Shown: one piece after another, positions 48,760 to 58,779 of the stretch
How the letters are laid out: every line of letters starts with the position of its first letter
Position numbering within the stretch: position 1 is the first letter of the stretch
NCBI GenBank assembly: GCA_902634185.1
Contig: CACPJC010000002.1
Coordinates: 64,001-128,000, forward strand
Source of the DNA: an uncultured Candidatus Actinomarina sp.
GTDB lineage: Bacteria; Actinomycetota; Acidimicrobiia; Actinomarinales; Actinomarinaceae
Reading direction: 5' to 3'
Length of the DNA stretch: 64,000 bases
Translations under genes and position numbers: made by a program
The notes under the pieces: model-generated
Told to the model about the DNA's origin: nothing
The model's database searches: none
What the model saw: only the letters and a program-made list of their open reading frames with translations

Positions 48760-49367
48760 TAACTTGCGTAAGCCTTTGATATCGCAAAAAACCAAGCAGG
48801 GGTCAAAACTACTCCAAGAATTACATTCAATGGTATAAATGCTGCATCAGGAAATAACCCAGCAAGAAAAACTAAAGTTACTATTCCAATTCCATACCCA
48901 ACTGTATTTCCTACTGCTGGTCCCCATGATGGCAAAATATCTTTTCCATATTTTGCAAATTGTATATTCCAGGGAGCTATAAAAAGAAAAACTGCTGGGG
49001 TTGTATAAAAAACAAAATCAGCAGCCATATCAGCTGTTAAAGAAGTTTCATTAAATGCATTATAGATTGCAGAAGGAACAAGAGCAATTACTACACCTAC
49101 AGCAGAGACTGTGTAGGCTAACCCAATTGATCCAGTGAGTAATGGTTTGTCTTTATCATCAAGAAGCTTTCCGGATAATCTAACAACTCCCATTCCAGCC
49201 ATAAATTGGAGAGCATTTGATATTCCAATTATTGGTCCCCAGGTTTCATTGTAACCTGATGCATCTGGTCCTAATACAAATACTTGAATAAGAAAATTTG
49301 CAAGCAATAAAGTTAATGCTCCAAGTGCAAATCGTCTTCCAAGATTTTTTTCTTCAGCTGTTATCAT
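48759..49367 (-). CDS. Uncharacterised multi-pass membrane protein (family A, paralog of 22867-23484)
   Basis: MITAEEKNLG...GPDASGYNETWG...LPSWG. Confidence 0.8.
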   Translation of the reverse strand: MITAEEKNLGRRFALGALTLLLANFLIQVFVLGPDASGYNETWGPIIGISNALQFMAGMGVVRLSGKLLDDKDKPLLTGSIGLAYTVSAVGVVIALVPSAIYNAFNETSLTADMAADFVFYTTPAVFLFIAPWNIQFAKYGKDILPSWGPAVGNTVGYGIGIVTLVFLAGLFPDAAFIPLNVILGVVLTPAWFFAISKAYAS

Positions 49368-49369
49368 TT

Positions 49370-50020
49370 TTATTTACTCCAATCTGATAGTTTTCCTGCA
49401 GGAAAACTTACATTATTTATATATATCTTGCACACCCCAGTAACAACAGTTGGTGGACTTTTAATATAAGTCATGGCATCTGCCATTATTTGTTGAAATT
49501 TTTCCTGGGATGAATCTATTGCTTCTTGTGATTCCCAATTGCTCAAAGTGACACCCTTGTTGTCACCTACATCTGCAGCTAAAGCACCTATTAAACCATC
49601 TGTACCTTCATACCCTGCATACACAGTATTTTGAATCCAATCTGTGAATTCATCAATTTTTTCTTCGTCATATTCTGATCCAAATCCTAAGCGAACAACA
49701 AAGGGTTGAACTGGATCGTCTTTTCTTACAGTTTGATAAATTTGACCGGCATTCATTGGTCCAAATGAAATAGTTGGTGGCCCGCTGACAAATTCTCCCA
49801 ATCCACTTAGTGCTTCTTGAATTTGTGGTCCAGCAGCATTCATTGCGTCTTCATTAGCCCACAAACTCCAAGAAGTCATTTGACCATTATCCATTTCAGC
49901 AATACAAATCTGAAATAAACCAGGCGTATCCCTAAAAGAATCGGCCACGCTTTCAGCGTATGCTATAGTTTCCTCCATTTTTCCCTCTTGTATGTCAACT
50001 TGCGTTAATCTAAAGTACAT
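49370..50020 (-). CDS. Double ABM-like protein, paralog 3
   Basis: MYFRLT...GK...TPGL...SLW; second repeat DGL...SNWESQEA; AAGGAG RBS. Confidence 0.78.
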   Translation of the reverse strand: MYFRLTQVDIQEGKMEETIAYAESVADSFRDTPGLFQICIAEMDNGQMTSWSLWANEDAMNAAGPQIQEALSGLGEFVSGPPTISFGPMNAGQIYQTVRKDDPVQPFVVRLGFGSEYDEEKIDEFTDWIQNTVYAGYEGTDGLIGALAADVGDNKGVTLSNWESQEAIDSSQEKFQQIMADAMTYIKSPPTVVTGVCKIYINNVSFPAGKLSDWSK

Positions 50021-50044
50021 ATTTTCTCCTTTTAATTTATTTTT

Positions 50045-50686
50045 CTACAATTTTCCAACAGGAAAATCTACATAGTTTTTCCATATATCACATTGACCAG
50101 TTACTTCTTGTGGCGGTTCTGAAATAAGGTTTGCGACCGCATCAGAAACTACAGATGCAATAACATCAGATGCTGAGTGTGCAGCGTCATGATCAGTCCA
50201 AAAATTGAAACTAAATCCTTTATCGTCTGCTACTTTACAAGCACCCGTTCCGTAAATCCCTTCGACATTTTCATAAGCTGGATAAACAGTGTTTGTCATA
50301 AATTCTGCTACGTCATCATAGGTCTTACCCTCTTGAGTTCCTCCTCCTAAAACGAATCTTGCAAAAAATCCATCTTCGCCTTCCTTGGATACTGCAATAT
50401 ATTGTTGTCCAGCAACCATAGGTCCTTCCATCACTTCTGGTTGACCATCAAGCATCTCTGCCGCTCCTGCTAGAGCCTGATTAAATTTATCAATTGAAGC
50501 TTCTTTAGCTTCTTCGTTAGCCCAAGTAGACCATGCCATAAATCTTCCATCATTTGTTGCACATGCAGCTATTCCTAGTAACCCTGAAATCCCATCGTAA
50601 GACGGAATGACTTTATTTTTGACGTATTCAAGGGCATTGTCCATTTCACCCTCATTCACATCTGCAAGTGTAAGTCTTACATACAT
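50045..50686 (-). CDS. Double ABM-like protein, paralog 2
   Basis: MYVRLT...SGL...STW; C-terminal YVDFPVG; AGGAG RBS. Confidence 0.78.
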   Translation of the reverse strand: MYVRLTLADVNEGEMDNALEYVKNKVIPSYDGISGLLGIAACATNDGRFMAWSTWANEEAKEASIDKFNQALAGAAEMLDGQPEVMEGPMVAGQQYIAVSKEGEDGFFARFVLGGGTQEGKTYDDVAEFMTNTVYPAYENVEGIYGTGACKVADDKGFSFNFWTDHDAAHSASDVIASVVSDAVANLISEPPQEVTGQCDIWKNYVDFPVGKL

Positions 50687-50744
50687 TTTTACTCCTAACG
50701 TTATTTGTAGTCAGTTAAGTATGTTTACATTGCCCTATCTTTTT

Positions 50745-51323
50745 TTATTCAGTACTAGTTGCTAATTTGTCACCCCAAGCGACATAGCTCCCATAACCTA
50801 ATCCTATTACCATTGCGATCCAGCCAATTCCAAATATTGGTTGAATAGATTCTGGTATTGCATAATCAAAAAATACGTCTGCGCCAGACCAAATAATGAT
50901 TGAAATATAACCAAAGATACTTAAATATTCATAAACTGGTCTAAATATTCCAGTACCTCTCATGGTGAAAACGTAAATCAATGAGTTAAAAGCCCATAGG
51001 AAGTACATTGGAGCAAAACCACCATTATCCGAGTTATATTCTGGTGAAGATATTTCAAGAAGTGTTCCCACAAGGATTACTCCACCTAATATTGCTGAAG
51101 CCTCTCTCCAATAGTCTGGTACCTGATCTTTAACTAGATAATAACCAGCAAGGATTATTGAAAAAAGCGAAAATCCCCATAAAAAATTTACGAAATTTCC
51201 TAAACCGATTGGTACATCAATTTCTCCAAAACCTACAACTAGCAAAACAACATTTATTCCAACAAATCCTAATGAGTTTTGTCTTCCTAGTTGCCCGATT
51301 GGCTGCGTAAAAAATGTTTTCAT
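50745..51323 (-). CDS. Uncharacterised multi-pass membrane protein (family B)
   Basis: About 6 TM; paralog of 51340 (PIG, WG.SL, VP.Y, GAD.FFD, QP.F, GLGYG.Y.AW). Confidence 0.8.
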   Translation of the reverse strand: MKTFFTQPIGQLGRQNSLGFVGINVVLLVVGFGEIDVPIGLGNFVNFLWGFSLFSIILAGYYLVKDQVPDYWREASAILGGVILVGTLLEISSPEYNSDNGGFAPMYFLWAFNSLIYVFTMRGTGIFRPVYEYLSIFGYISIIIWSGADVFFDYAIPESIQPIFGIGWIAMVIGLGYGSYVAWGDKLATSTE

Positions 51324-51339
51324 ATATTAATTCCTTTCT

Positions 51340-51906
51340 TTAGTTAGTTTCTTCGTAATTTTTCCAAGCATCATAAGTTCCGTAACCTAATCCGACTGTG
51401 AAACCAATAAAAATTATTAAGAACAAGGGTTGAAGTGTTTCCGGTGGTTGAAAATCAAAAAATATATCAGCACCTGTAAAAAATACACCAGCAATTGCCG
51501 CACCTAGTATTAGATACCTGAATATATTTTTATAAATTCCGTCTGTTACAAAATAATTAAATATCAAGTTGAAAAAGAAAAAGAGATAAAATCCTGTTGT
51601 ATCAATCTGAGGCTCATCATTAATAGGTGGATTGGCAATCTCAATAAAGGTAGCAACAAGAATTATAGAAGCTAGTACACCTCCTGAAGTCTTAAAGTAG
51701 CTTGGTACTCGATCTTTTGTTAATTCCCAGTTTCCAAGAATAATTACTGATAGACTTACACCCCAAGTCAGATTAACAATTTCATCAATTGGTCCTCCAC
51801 TAATATCTAAAAAACCAGTAGCAATTTGGTATATATTACAGATGATAAAAACGATAGATTGTTGCTTAGCTTGTTCTCCAATCGGAGCAGTTACAAAATT
51901 TTTCAA
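51340..51906 (-). CDS. Uncharacterised multi-pass membrane protein (family B)
   Basis: Paralog of 50745; AAGGAAGG RBS, TTG start. Confidence 0.8.
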   Translation of the reverse strand: MKNFVTAPIGEQAKQQSIVFIICNIYQIATGFLDISGGPIDEIVNLTWGVSLSVIILGNWELTKDRVPSYFKTSGGVLASIILVATFIEIANPPINDEPQIDTTGFYLFFFFNLIFNYFVTDGIYKNIFRYLILGAAIAGVFFTGADIFFDFQPPETLQPLFLIIFIGFTVGLGYGTYDAWKNYEETN

Positions 51907-52037
51907 AAAACTTCCTTCCTTAAGTTCCCTCTAAATTGTTAATAAATATGAGCTTCCCCCATACTCAAGCTGATTATATAAAGATATTTGTGAGCTTGTC
52001 GTTAAATTTAAAGAATTTACCTTAAATTTACATTCTG

Positions 52038-53330
52038 TTAATAATTTGAAAGTGCGTCAGCAAGACTATCAATAAGCCTTTGGATATCGTCAATGTTTAC
52101 ACTTTCATTTGGTGCATGAGCATTGCCCTCTTCATCTCCTGCTCCAACCAAAACAATCTCAGCATTTGGAAATTGTTCTGTGAATATATTTGCGAAAGGT
52201 ATAGAACCTCCAACGCCCATAAATGCAACTTCATTATCCCAAAATTTATCGAAAGATTTAATTAATTGTGTTGAGAACTCTTTTTGAGGGTCTACAAGTA
52301 CACCTTTTCCTTTTGCTTCAGGGATAAATTCAACATTTGCATTCCAAGGTGTGTTCTCTTTTATATGTTTATGAAGCATTTCCATTGCATGATCTGGATC
52401 TTCTGTTGGAGGTAATCTCAAACTTACTTTTGCTCTAGCTTTTGGAATAAGTAGATTAACTGATTCTTCTACGGGTGGGGCATCGATAGCTAAAATACTC
52501 AATGCTGGTTCGAGCCATAATCGTTTTGAATAGCTATCCATTTCAAATAAATTTACACCATTAGAAGAAAGGGAGTTTTGTACAAACTCTTCAGATAATT
52601 CATAAACGTCCTGGTCAGTCGGAGTTAATCCATCAATTAATAGTTCCCCTTTTTCATTATGAAATGATGAAATAATTTTACTTAATACCATAAATGCATC
52701 AGGTACAACACCACCTCCAAGACCTGAGTGAACAGGATTCATCTGCTGATCAACAACAATAATTCCATCTACCAAACCTCTTAAAGACGTGGTAATAGTT
52801 GGGACGCCAGATTTAATGTTTCCAGAATCTGCAATGACAATCACATCTGCTTCTAGATCTTTTTTATTTTCCTCTATAAACTCTGCCATGAAAGGAGAGC
52901 CAATTTCTTCTTCGCCCTCGATGAAGATTTTTATATTCACAGGTAGGTCATTTATCAATTTTTTAACAACTTCGTAATGAGTTACAACTCCTGCTTTGTT
53001 ATCTCCTGATCCTCTTGCAAAAAGTCTTCCATCAATAATCTCTGGCTTAAAGGGGTCTGTATTCCATTTATTTATATCGCCAACTGGTTGAACATCATGA
53101 TGTGCATAGAGAAGAACGGTTTTTTTAGATGGGTCTATTTCAGTCTGGGCAAGTACAGCTGGTTTACTATTTTTACTTGAAGTGACCTTCGAATTTAAAC
53201 CAATCTCATTGAATAAATCAGCAATATAATTTGCTGAATCTAATACATCTTTCTGATTTTCATCAAGAGAGCTTATAGAAGGAATCATTACTAAATCGGA
53301 TAGTAATTGTATAATTTTTGTGTTTTCCAT
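52038..53330 (-). CDS. M20 family dipeptidase
   Basis: YAHHDVQP, RGSGDNK, EGEEEIGS, HSG, NAHAPNES. Confidence 0.92.
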   Translation of the reverse strand: MENTKIIQLLSDLVMIPSISSLDENQKDVLDSANYIADLFNEIGLNSKVTSSKNSKPAVLAQTEIDPSKKTVLLYAHHDVQPVGDINKWNTDPFKPEIIDGRLFARGSGDNKAGVVTHYEVVKKLINDLPVNIKIFIEGEEEIGSPFMAEFIEENKKDLEADVIVIADSGNIKSGVPTITTSLRGLVDGIIVVDQQMNPVHSGLGGGVVPDAFMVLSKIISSFHNEKGELLIDGLTPTDQDVYELSEEFVQNSLSSNGVNLFEMDSYSKRLWLEPALSILAIDAPPVEESVNLLIPKARAKVSLRLPPTEDPDHAMEMLHKHIKENTPWNANVEFIPEAKGKGVLVDPQKEFSTQLIKSFDKFWDNEVAFMGVGGSIPFANIFTEQFPNAEIVLVGAGDEEGNAHAPNESVNIDDIQRLIDSLADALSNY

Positions 53331-53354
53331 ATTAATTTATTGTATTAGAAATAG

Positions 53355-56006
53355 CTATTCGTAGGAAATAGCTTCTAAAATATTCTGCCTTGATGCTCTA
53401 ATTGCAGGAATGATTGCTGCGATTACACCCGAGAGTATTGCAATACCAATCCATAAAAGTGTTTGCTGTGTGGAAACAACAAACTCAGTGAAACCTTGGT
53501 CTTCCAAAGCTTGAATTAAGCTCCAAGCAAAAAATATACCAAGCGCAGTACCAAGAATTGCACCAAATATTGAGATAATTGAAGACTCTATAAACACCAT
53601 GTTTCTGATCTGTTTTCTCAGAGTTCCAATTGCTCTCATTAAGCCAATTTCTCTTGTTCTTTCATAAACAGATAATGACAAAGTGTTTGTAATTCCAAAT
53701 AATGCAACAAAAATAGAAATAGATAAGAATCCATAGATAACATTCAACAATAATTGGATCTGGCTATTTGCCTCTTCAATCAAAGCATCTTGATCACGTA
53801 ATGTTACTCCAGGGTAATGATCTACAATATCATCAAGTTTATTTTTAGTAGCTTCATCTTTGTTTATAACGTTGAAATATAATTCTGTATCTAAAGATTC
53901 GTTTGAGAAAAATTCGTGATTATCCAAAAGAAGAAAAAATTCAGCTGGGGGCTGTGTGGTCCAGTCAAAAATATATTTAACAATAAATTCTTTTTTTCCT
54001 ACTTCAGGTATCGTCAAAGTTACTCTGTCGTTGAGTGAGATATTATCATTATCAGCTTTAAATTTTAAAACCCCAATAGCATTTTGTTCGTAAAAATCCT
54101 CTCTTGAACCAGCAACGTCAATGGTCTTAATGAGATCAAAAACTTCTTTATCAACAGCTCCAAGTATCAATGGTCTATTGTTGTAACCGACAACGGTAGC
54201 TCGTGTTCTTGATAGTTCTGTAACCTCATCAAGTTCTAGCAATTCTTGAGATAGACCTGTTGGAATACCTGGAGATGCAAAAATTTGAGCTGCACTAACC
54301 TGGTAGTCCGCAAGAACAACTTCTTTTACAACTTTCTCTGCTTGTGCTTTAAAGGATGTAGTTAAAACGTTAGCAAGAGATATTAAGGTTAGCCCAATCA
54401 TTAATGCTGAAGCCGTAGAGGCAGTCCTTCGTGGAGTTCTTTTAGAGTTTTCCGTTGCCAATTTACCAAGAATTCCAAAAATAGTGTTATAAATTTTATC
54501 GAAGATAGTAACAAAAGGTTTGGTGATTGAGGGTGTAATTACTGAAATACCAATAAAAATTATGCTTGCGCCTAGGCCTACTTGTTGAAGCACAGATAAA
54601 GATGGAACTCTAAAAAAAGAGTACAAAACACCGAAAAGAATACCTAAACCTGACAATGAGACTGATGATCCAACAATCAATCGTATAAATAATGACTTTC
54701 TTTTTGGAGTTGACTGACTGTCTCTGATGGCTTCAAGTGGGCTTACTTGAGATGCTTTTCTGGCTGGCAACAACGATGAAAATATAGTGACAACTACACC
54801 AATAATAATTCCTGTCACTGCAGCACTAGGAGTTAAAACTAAAGGACCTTCAGGTAGGCCAAAATCAAAATACTTTAGCCCCTCTTTAACAACTACTGAT
54901 AAACCAATGCCAAGTGCAACGCCAAGGCCTGAGCCAATTACTGCCATATATAATGATTCTGAGACAACAAGTCTATAAATCTGTCTCTTAGAAGTTCCTA
55001 AAGCTCTTAACAAAGATAACTCTTTTGTTCTTTGTAGTAAAAGAATTCTAAACGTATTTTGAATAATAAAAGCACCTACAAAGATAGCTATACCTGCAAA
55101 TACGTTCAATATAGTATTAAAAAAATCAAGGCCTTGTTTTATAGAGTCTGCTTGTTCAGCTGCTGCTTCCTGTGCATTAATAACTTCTAAACCTTGACTG
55201 TCGATATTTGAAATAGCACTTCGAACTTGATTTATATCAGCATTTTCATCAACGACAACATTTATAAAATCTACTTCACCTATAGAATCTAAAAGAACTT
55301 GCGCAGTTCTAAAATCAAAAAGAGCAAAAGATGCTCCACCAGGTGACCCCGTATTTGCAAACTCTGCTATTCCAACGATCGTGAAAGTAGCTGGTATAGC
55401 CCCAGCAAGTACAGTAACTCTGTCTCCAACACTAAACCCATTTCCATCAGCTGTTGTTGAGTCCATAACGACCTCTTTGTTATTTGTTGGAGGCTGTCCA
55501 TCAATTATTTCCCACTGTGAGGCATAAGGTGATGTATCCCACGCAGCTCCAAAAGTAGGCGCAAAACCATTTTGAATTAAGATAGTTTCTCTATCACATT
55601 CTGGGTTAAAAGCATGACAATCTTGTCTTGGTCCAAATTTTATGAATTGAGCAAATCCAATAACATCACCCCATGCATCTTTTACACCATCTATGCTCTT
55701 TATTTCATTTATCTTTTTATCAGAAATCTTTTTAAACTCAAATGATATTGGTCCCTGACCGCCATCATCTCCAAAGCCTTGAGCAAAATCTTCCTGGATA
55801 GGCTGAACAACTAGATCGATACCTTCAAATACACCAGAAAATAAATTATCGAATGCATTTTTGTTGCTTTCAGAGAAAATATTTGCAGCAATTATGACTG
55901 AAACTCCAAGAATAATTGATGAGGTTGTCAGAAATATTCTTACTGGATAAGTTTTAAGATTTTTCCAAGCTATTAATAGAAGGGGTCTTTTTGTAAATCC
56001 AAACAT
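53355..56006 (-). CDS. FtsX/MacB-type ABC transporter permease (duplicated)
   Basis: QRTKELSLLRALG and ERTREIGLMRAIG repeats. Confidence 0.92.
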   Translation of the reverse strand: MFGFTKRPLLLIAWKNLKTYPVRIFLTTSSIILGVSVIIAANIFSESNKNAFDNLFSGVFEGIDLVVQPIQEDFAQGFGDDGGQGPISFEFKKISDKKINEIKSIDGVKDAWGDVIGFAQFIKFGPRQDCHAFNPECDRETILIQNGFAPTFGAAWDTSPYASQWEIIDGQPPTNNKEVVMDSTTADGNGFSVGDRVTVLAGAIPATFTIVGIAEFANTGSPGGASFALFDFRTAQVLLDSIGEVDFINVVVDENADINQVRSAISNIDSQGLEVINAQEAAAEQADSIKQGLDFFNTILNVFAGIAIFVGAFIIQNTFRILLLQRTKELSLLRALGTSKRQIYRLVVSESLYMAVIGSGLGVALGIGLSVVVKEGLKYFDFGLPEGPLVLTPSAAVTGIIIGVVVTIFSSLLPARKASQVSPLEAIRDSQSTPKRKSLFIRLIVGSSVSLSGLGILFGVLYSFFRVPSLSVLQQVGLGASIIFIGISVITPSITKPFVTIFDKIYNTIFGILGKLATENSKRTPRRTASTASALMIGLTLISLANVLTTSFKAQAEKVVKEVVLADYQVSAAQIFASPGIPTGLSQELLELDEVTELSRTRATVVGYNNRPLILGAVDKEVFDLIKTIDVAGSREDFYEQNAIGVLKFKADNDNISLNDRVTLTIPEVGKKEFIVKYIFDWTTQPPAEFFLLLDNHEFFSNESLDTELYFNVINKDEATKNKLDDIVDHYPGVTLRDQDALIEEANSQIQLLLNVIYGFLSISIFVALFGITNTLSLSVYERTREIGLMRAIGTLRKQIRNMVFIESSIISIFGAILGTALGIFFAWSLIQALEDQGFTEFVVSTQQTLLWIGIAILSGVIAAIIPAIRASRQNILEAISYE

Positions 56007-56734
56007 TAAATGTCGCTTAAGGATGTGACCATTGAAATAATCTCTTCTTGAGTTGGGTCTTCCATATCACTTGCTACTTCTCCATCTTTTAGCATTATTA
56101 CCCTCTCAGCAAAAGATGCAGCGAAAGGATCGTGTGTCACCATAACTATGGTCTGATTTAACTCTTTGACAACAGATTTCATAAAAGTTAATAGTTCCTT
56201 ACTTGATTTTGAGTCTAAATTACCTGATGGCTCATCAGCAAAAATTACTTCTGGCTTGGTTGCCATCGCACGTGCAGCAGCAACTCTTTGTTGCTGACCT
56301 CCTGAAAGTTCATTTGGTCGATGATTTAATCTATCTCCAATATCTACGGTATTAACAATTTGGTTTATCCACTCTTCATCAGGTTTTCTTCCTGCAATTG
56401 AAGAGGGTAGTGTTATGTTTTCTTCTGCAGTTAATGTTGGTATTAAATTGAAAGCTTGAAAAACAAATCCAAAAGAGTCTCTTCTTATTTTTGTTAATTC
56501 TTTGTCGTTAAGGCTTCCTAGGTCAACACCTTTTACAAAGATTGATCCTGAAGTAACTTTATCCAATCCTGCAAGACAGTGGAGAAGAGTTGATTTGCCT
56601 GATCCAGACTGACCCATAATTGCTGTAAATTTATTTTCATAAAAATCAAGATTTACATTGTTTAATGCTGTAACTGATGTTCCATCTTCTCCATAAACCT
56701 TTGTAAGGTTTTTTGCTTCTATTATTTTTTCCAC
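56006..56734 (-). CDS. ABC transporter ATP-binding protein (LolD/MacB type)
   Basis: GQSGSGKS, LSGGQQQRV, ADEP.GNLD, VTHD. Confidence 0.95.
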   Translation of the reverse strand: MEKIIEAKNLTKVYGEDGTSVTALNNVNLDFYENKFTAIMGQSGSGKSTLLHCLAGLDKVTSGSIFVKGVDLGSLNDKELTKIRRDSFGFVFQAFNLIPTLTAEENITLPSSIAGRKPDEEWINQIVNTVDIGDRLNHRPNELSGGQQQRVAAARAMATKPEVIFADEPSGNLDSKSSKELLTFMKSVVKELNQTIVMVTHDPFAASFAERVIMLKDGEVASDMEDPTQEEIISMVTSLSDI

Positions 56735-56812
56735 TTTATAAAGAATAGAAGAGATAAGATTTTTACTTAAATGAATTTTGTATCTTACAGTTTATTTGGT
56801 ATGTTATTAAAT

Positions 56813-56854
56813 ATGAAAAATATAACTAGCTGGAATTGGTGGTCAACTACATAG
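56813..56854 (+). CDS. trpL: Trp leader peptide MKNITSWNWWSTT
   Basis: 13-aa ORF with three TGG codons upstream of a tryptophan synthase beta gene. Confidence 0.85.
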   Translation: MKNITSWNWWSTT

Positions 56855-56904
56855 GTAGGTGCCCCACTAGTTAGTTCTTAAACCGGGCACAGCCCGGTTT
56901 TTTT
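56824..56904 (+). promoter_or_regulatory. Ribosome-mediated transcription attenuator
   Basis: AACTAGCTGG/CCACTAGTT pairing; antiterminator GTGCCC (56859-64)/GGGCAC (56885-90); terminator AAACCGGGC-ACA-GCCCGGTTTTTTT (56880-56904). Confidence 0.82.
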
Positions 56905-56960
56905 ATTACTGTCACTGAAATTAAAACTCCGGGCTCAACCCAAATAGCTAAGGAGTAAAA

Positions 56961-58316
56961 ATGAAAAAACAATATAAATATCTACTTAATGAAAATGATA
57001 TTCCCAAACAGTGGTATAACATAGTCCCTGATCTTCCAAACCCTTTACCACCGCAATTAAACCCTCAAACTATGGAGCCTATTGGTCCGGAAGATTTAGC
57101 GCCATTGTTTCCAACGGGTCTTATATTACAGGAGGTTTCTGACCAGAACTATATTGATATTCCAGAGCCTGTTTTGGAATTATATAAGATATATAGACCT
57201 TCTCCAATGTATAGAGCTTTGAGGTTAGAGGAAGCATTAGGTACAAAATCAAGAATTTATTATAAGTATGAAGGTGGATCACCCTCTGGTTCACATAAGC
57301 CAAATACTGCAATTCCTCAGGCTTTTTATAACGCTGAAGAGGGGATTAAGAAAATGGTTACTGAAACAGGTGCAGGTCAGTGGGGTTCTGCGTTATCTTT
57401 CGCATGTCAAGCGTTTGGTATTGATCTTGAAGTTTTTCAAGTAGCAGCTTCGTATGCATCTAAACCTCATAGAAAGACAATGATGGAAATTTATGGTGCA
57501 ACAGTTCACCCTAGTCCATCTGAAAGAACAGATATTGGGAAACAATTCTTATCTCAGGATTCAAATACACCTGGAAGCTTAGGTATTGCAATTTCTGAGG
57601 CTATAGAGGTAGCTAGAAAAGAAGAAGGAACTAGGTATGCCTTGGGTAGTGTTTTAAATCATGTTCTAATGCACCAATCAATTATTGGCTTAGAGGCTTT
57701 AAAACAAATGGAAATGGCAGAAGACTATCCAGATATAATTGTCGGTTGCACAGGTGGCGGATCAAACTTTACTGGATTATTTTCTCCTTTTGCAAAAAAC
57801 AATATGGAGTCAAATAAAAAAACCATTATTAGAGCTGTGGAACCTCAAGCGTGTCCATCTTTGACTAAAGGTGTTTATACGTATGATTTTGGAGATTCTG
57901 TAGGTATGGCACCAGTTGTAAAAATGCATACTCTTGGATCCAGTTTTGTGCCTGACCCCATACATGCTGGTGGTTTAAGATATCATGGCATGGCTCCATT
58001 GGTAAGTGCTATGTATGAAGATAATCTGATCGAGGCCGAAGCAATTGGTCAGCGAGAATGTTTTGAAGCTGGTCAGCTCTTTGCAAAAACTGAAGGTATT
58101 GTCCCAGCACCTGAAGCTACTCACGCTATAGCTTCAGCAATCAGAGCAGTAAAAGATGCTGATCAAAGATCTGAGCAAGTAGCTGTTTTGACAGCAATGT
58201 GTGGTCATGGACATTTTGACATGAAAGCATATGAGAACTTCTTAAGTGGTGAAATAATTGATTATGATTTCCCAGCTGAAAAGGTAAAAGTTGCTTTGGA
58301 GTCAGTCCAGAAATAA
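56961..58316 (+). CDS. trpB2: Tryptophan synthase beta chain, TrpB2 type
   Basis: IPKQWYNI, GSHKPNTA, TETGAGQWG, PGSLGIAISEA, IHAGGLRYHG. Confidence 0.93.
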   Translation: MKKQYKYLLNENDIPKQWYNIVPDLPNPLPPQLNPQTMEPIGPEDLAPLFPTGLILQEVSDQNYIDIPEPVLELYKIYRPSPMYRALRLEEALGTKSRIYYKYEGGSPSGSHKPNTAIPQAFYNAEEGIKKMVTETGAGQWGSALSFACQAFGIDLEVFQVAASYASKPHRKTMMEIYGATVHPSPSERTDIGKQFLSQDSNTPGSLGIAISEAIEVARKEEGTRYALGSVLNHVLMHQSIIGLEALKQMEMAEDYPDIIVGCTGGGSNFTGLFSPFAKNNMESNKKTIIRAVEPQACPSLTKGVYTYDFGDSVGMAPVVKMHTLGSSFVPDPIHAGGLRYHGMAPLVSAMYEDNLIEAEAIGQRECFEAGQLFAKTEGIVPAPEATHAIASAIRAVKDADQRSEQVAVLTAMCGHGHFDMKAYENFLSGEIIDYDFPAEKVKVALESVQK

Positions 58317-58772
58317 AGTGGTTATCTCCTTCCACTTCGATACGATAGGGCCTGTTTCTGACAGCACTAATGTATCAAACGTAACGGTTACGGGAATGAG
58401 ATTATCAAAATCTTTAGATGGATAAGATTTTGGTAGCTCGTTCCCGTAAAAAAGTGAGAGATGTGGAATCCATAAACTTGGCCACCCCTCTATATCGATT
58501 ATTGAGTTTTGAAAATTTGTATTATCTGTGGATGTTAAGAAAAGTCGTTGAAAGTAAGTCGTTCCTTCTTGGATTGTATCAAATGTAATATCGAATCTCT
58601 TCTTTGGTATTTTATTAAATACATCCATAGCTGAGAGTTCAGTCTTTAAGTTCGTTACTAGTGTGACGTGTGGATCAAAATATTCTTTACCTTCCTCGAG
58701 TGAAAGGATTTTAATAATTTCCTTTATATCAGATAATTGATTTAGCGATGACTCAACCCATATTGAATACAT
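58302..58772 (-). CDS. 2H phosphoesterase (cyclic phosphodiesterase-like)
   Basis: YSIW, PHVTL and PHLSL 2H motifs. Confidence 0.82.
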   Translation of the reverse strand: MYSIWVESSLNQLSDIKEIIKILSLEEGKEYFDPHVTLVTNLKTELSAMDVFNKIPKKRFDITFDTIQEGTTYFQRLFLTSTDNTNFQNSIIDIEGWPSLWIPHLSLFYGNELPKSYPSKDFDNLIPVTVTFDTLVLSETGPIVSKWKEITTLFLD

Positions 58773-58779
58773 GATTTTT

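Noticed and set aside
48760-48795. ORF-track N-terminal extensions (also at 10659, 8502, 26051, 29866, 39111)
   Set aside because: They overlap neighbouring genes or RNA elements; downstream starts have better RBS, -10 or coupling support
48759-51906. Membrane proteins as rhodopsins
   Set aside because: Only about 6 TM and ~190-200 aa, with no retinal-binding Lys motif in a last helix
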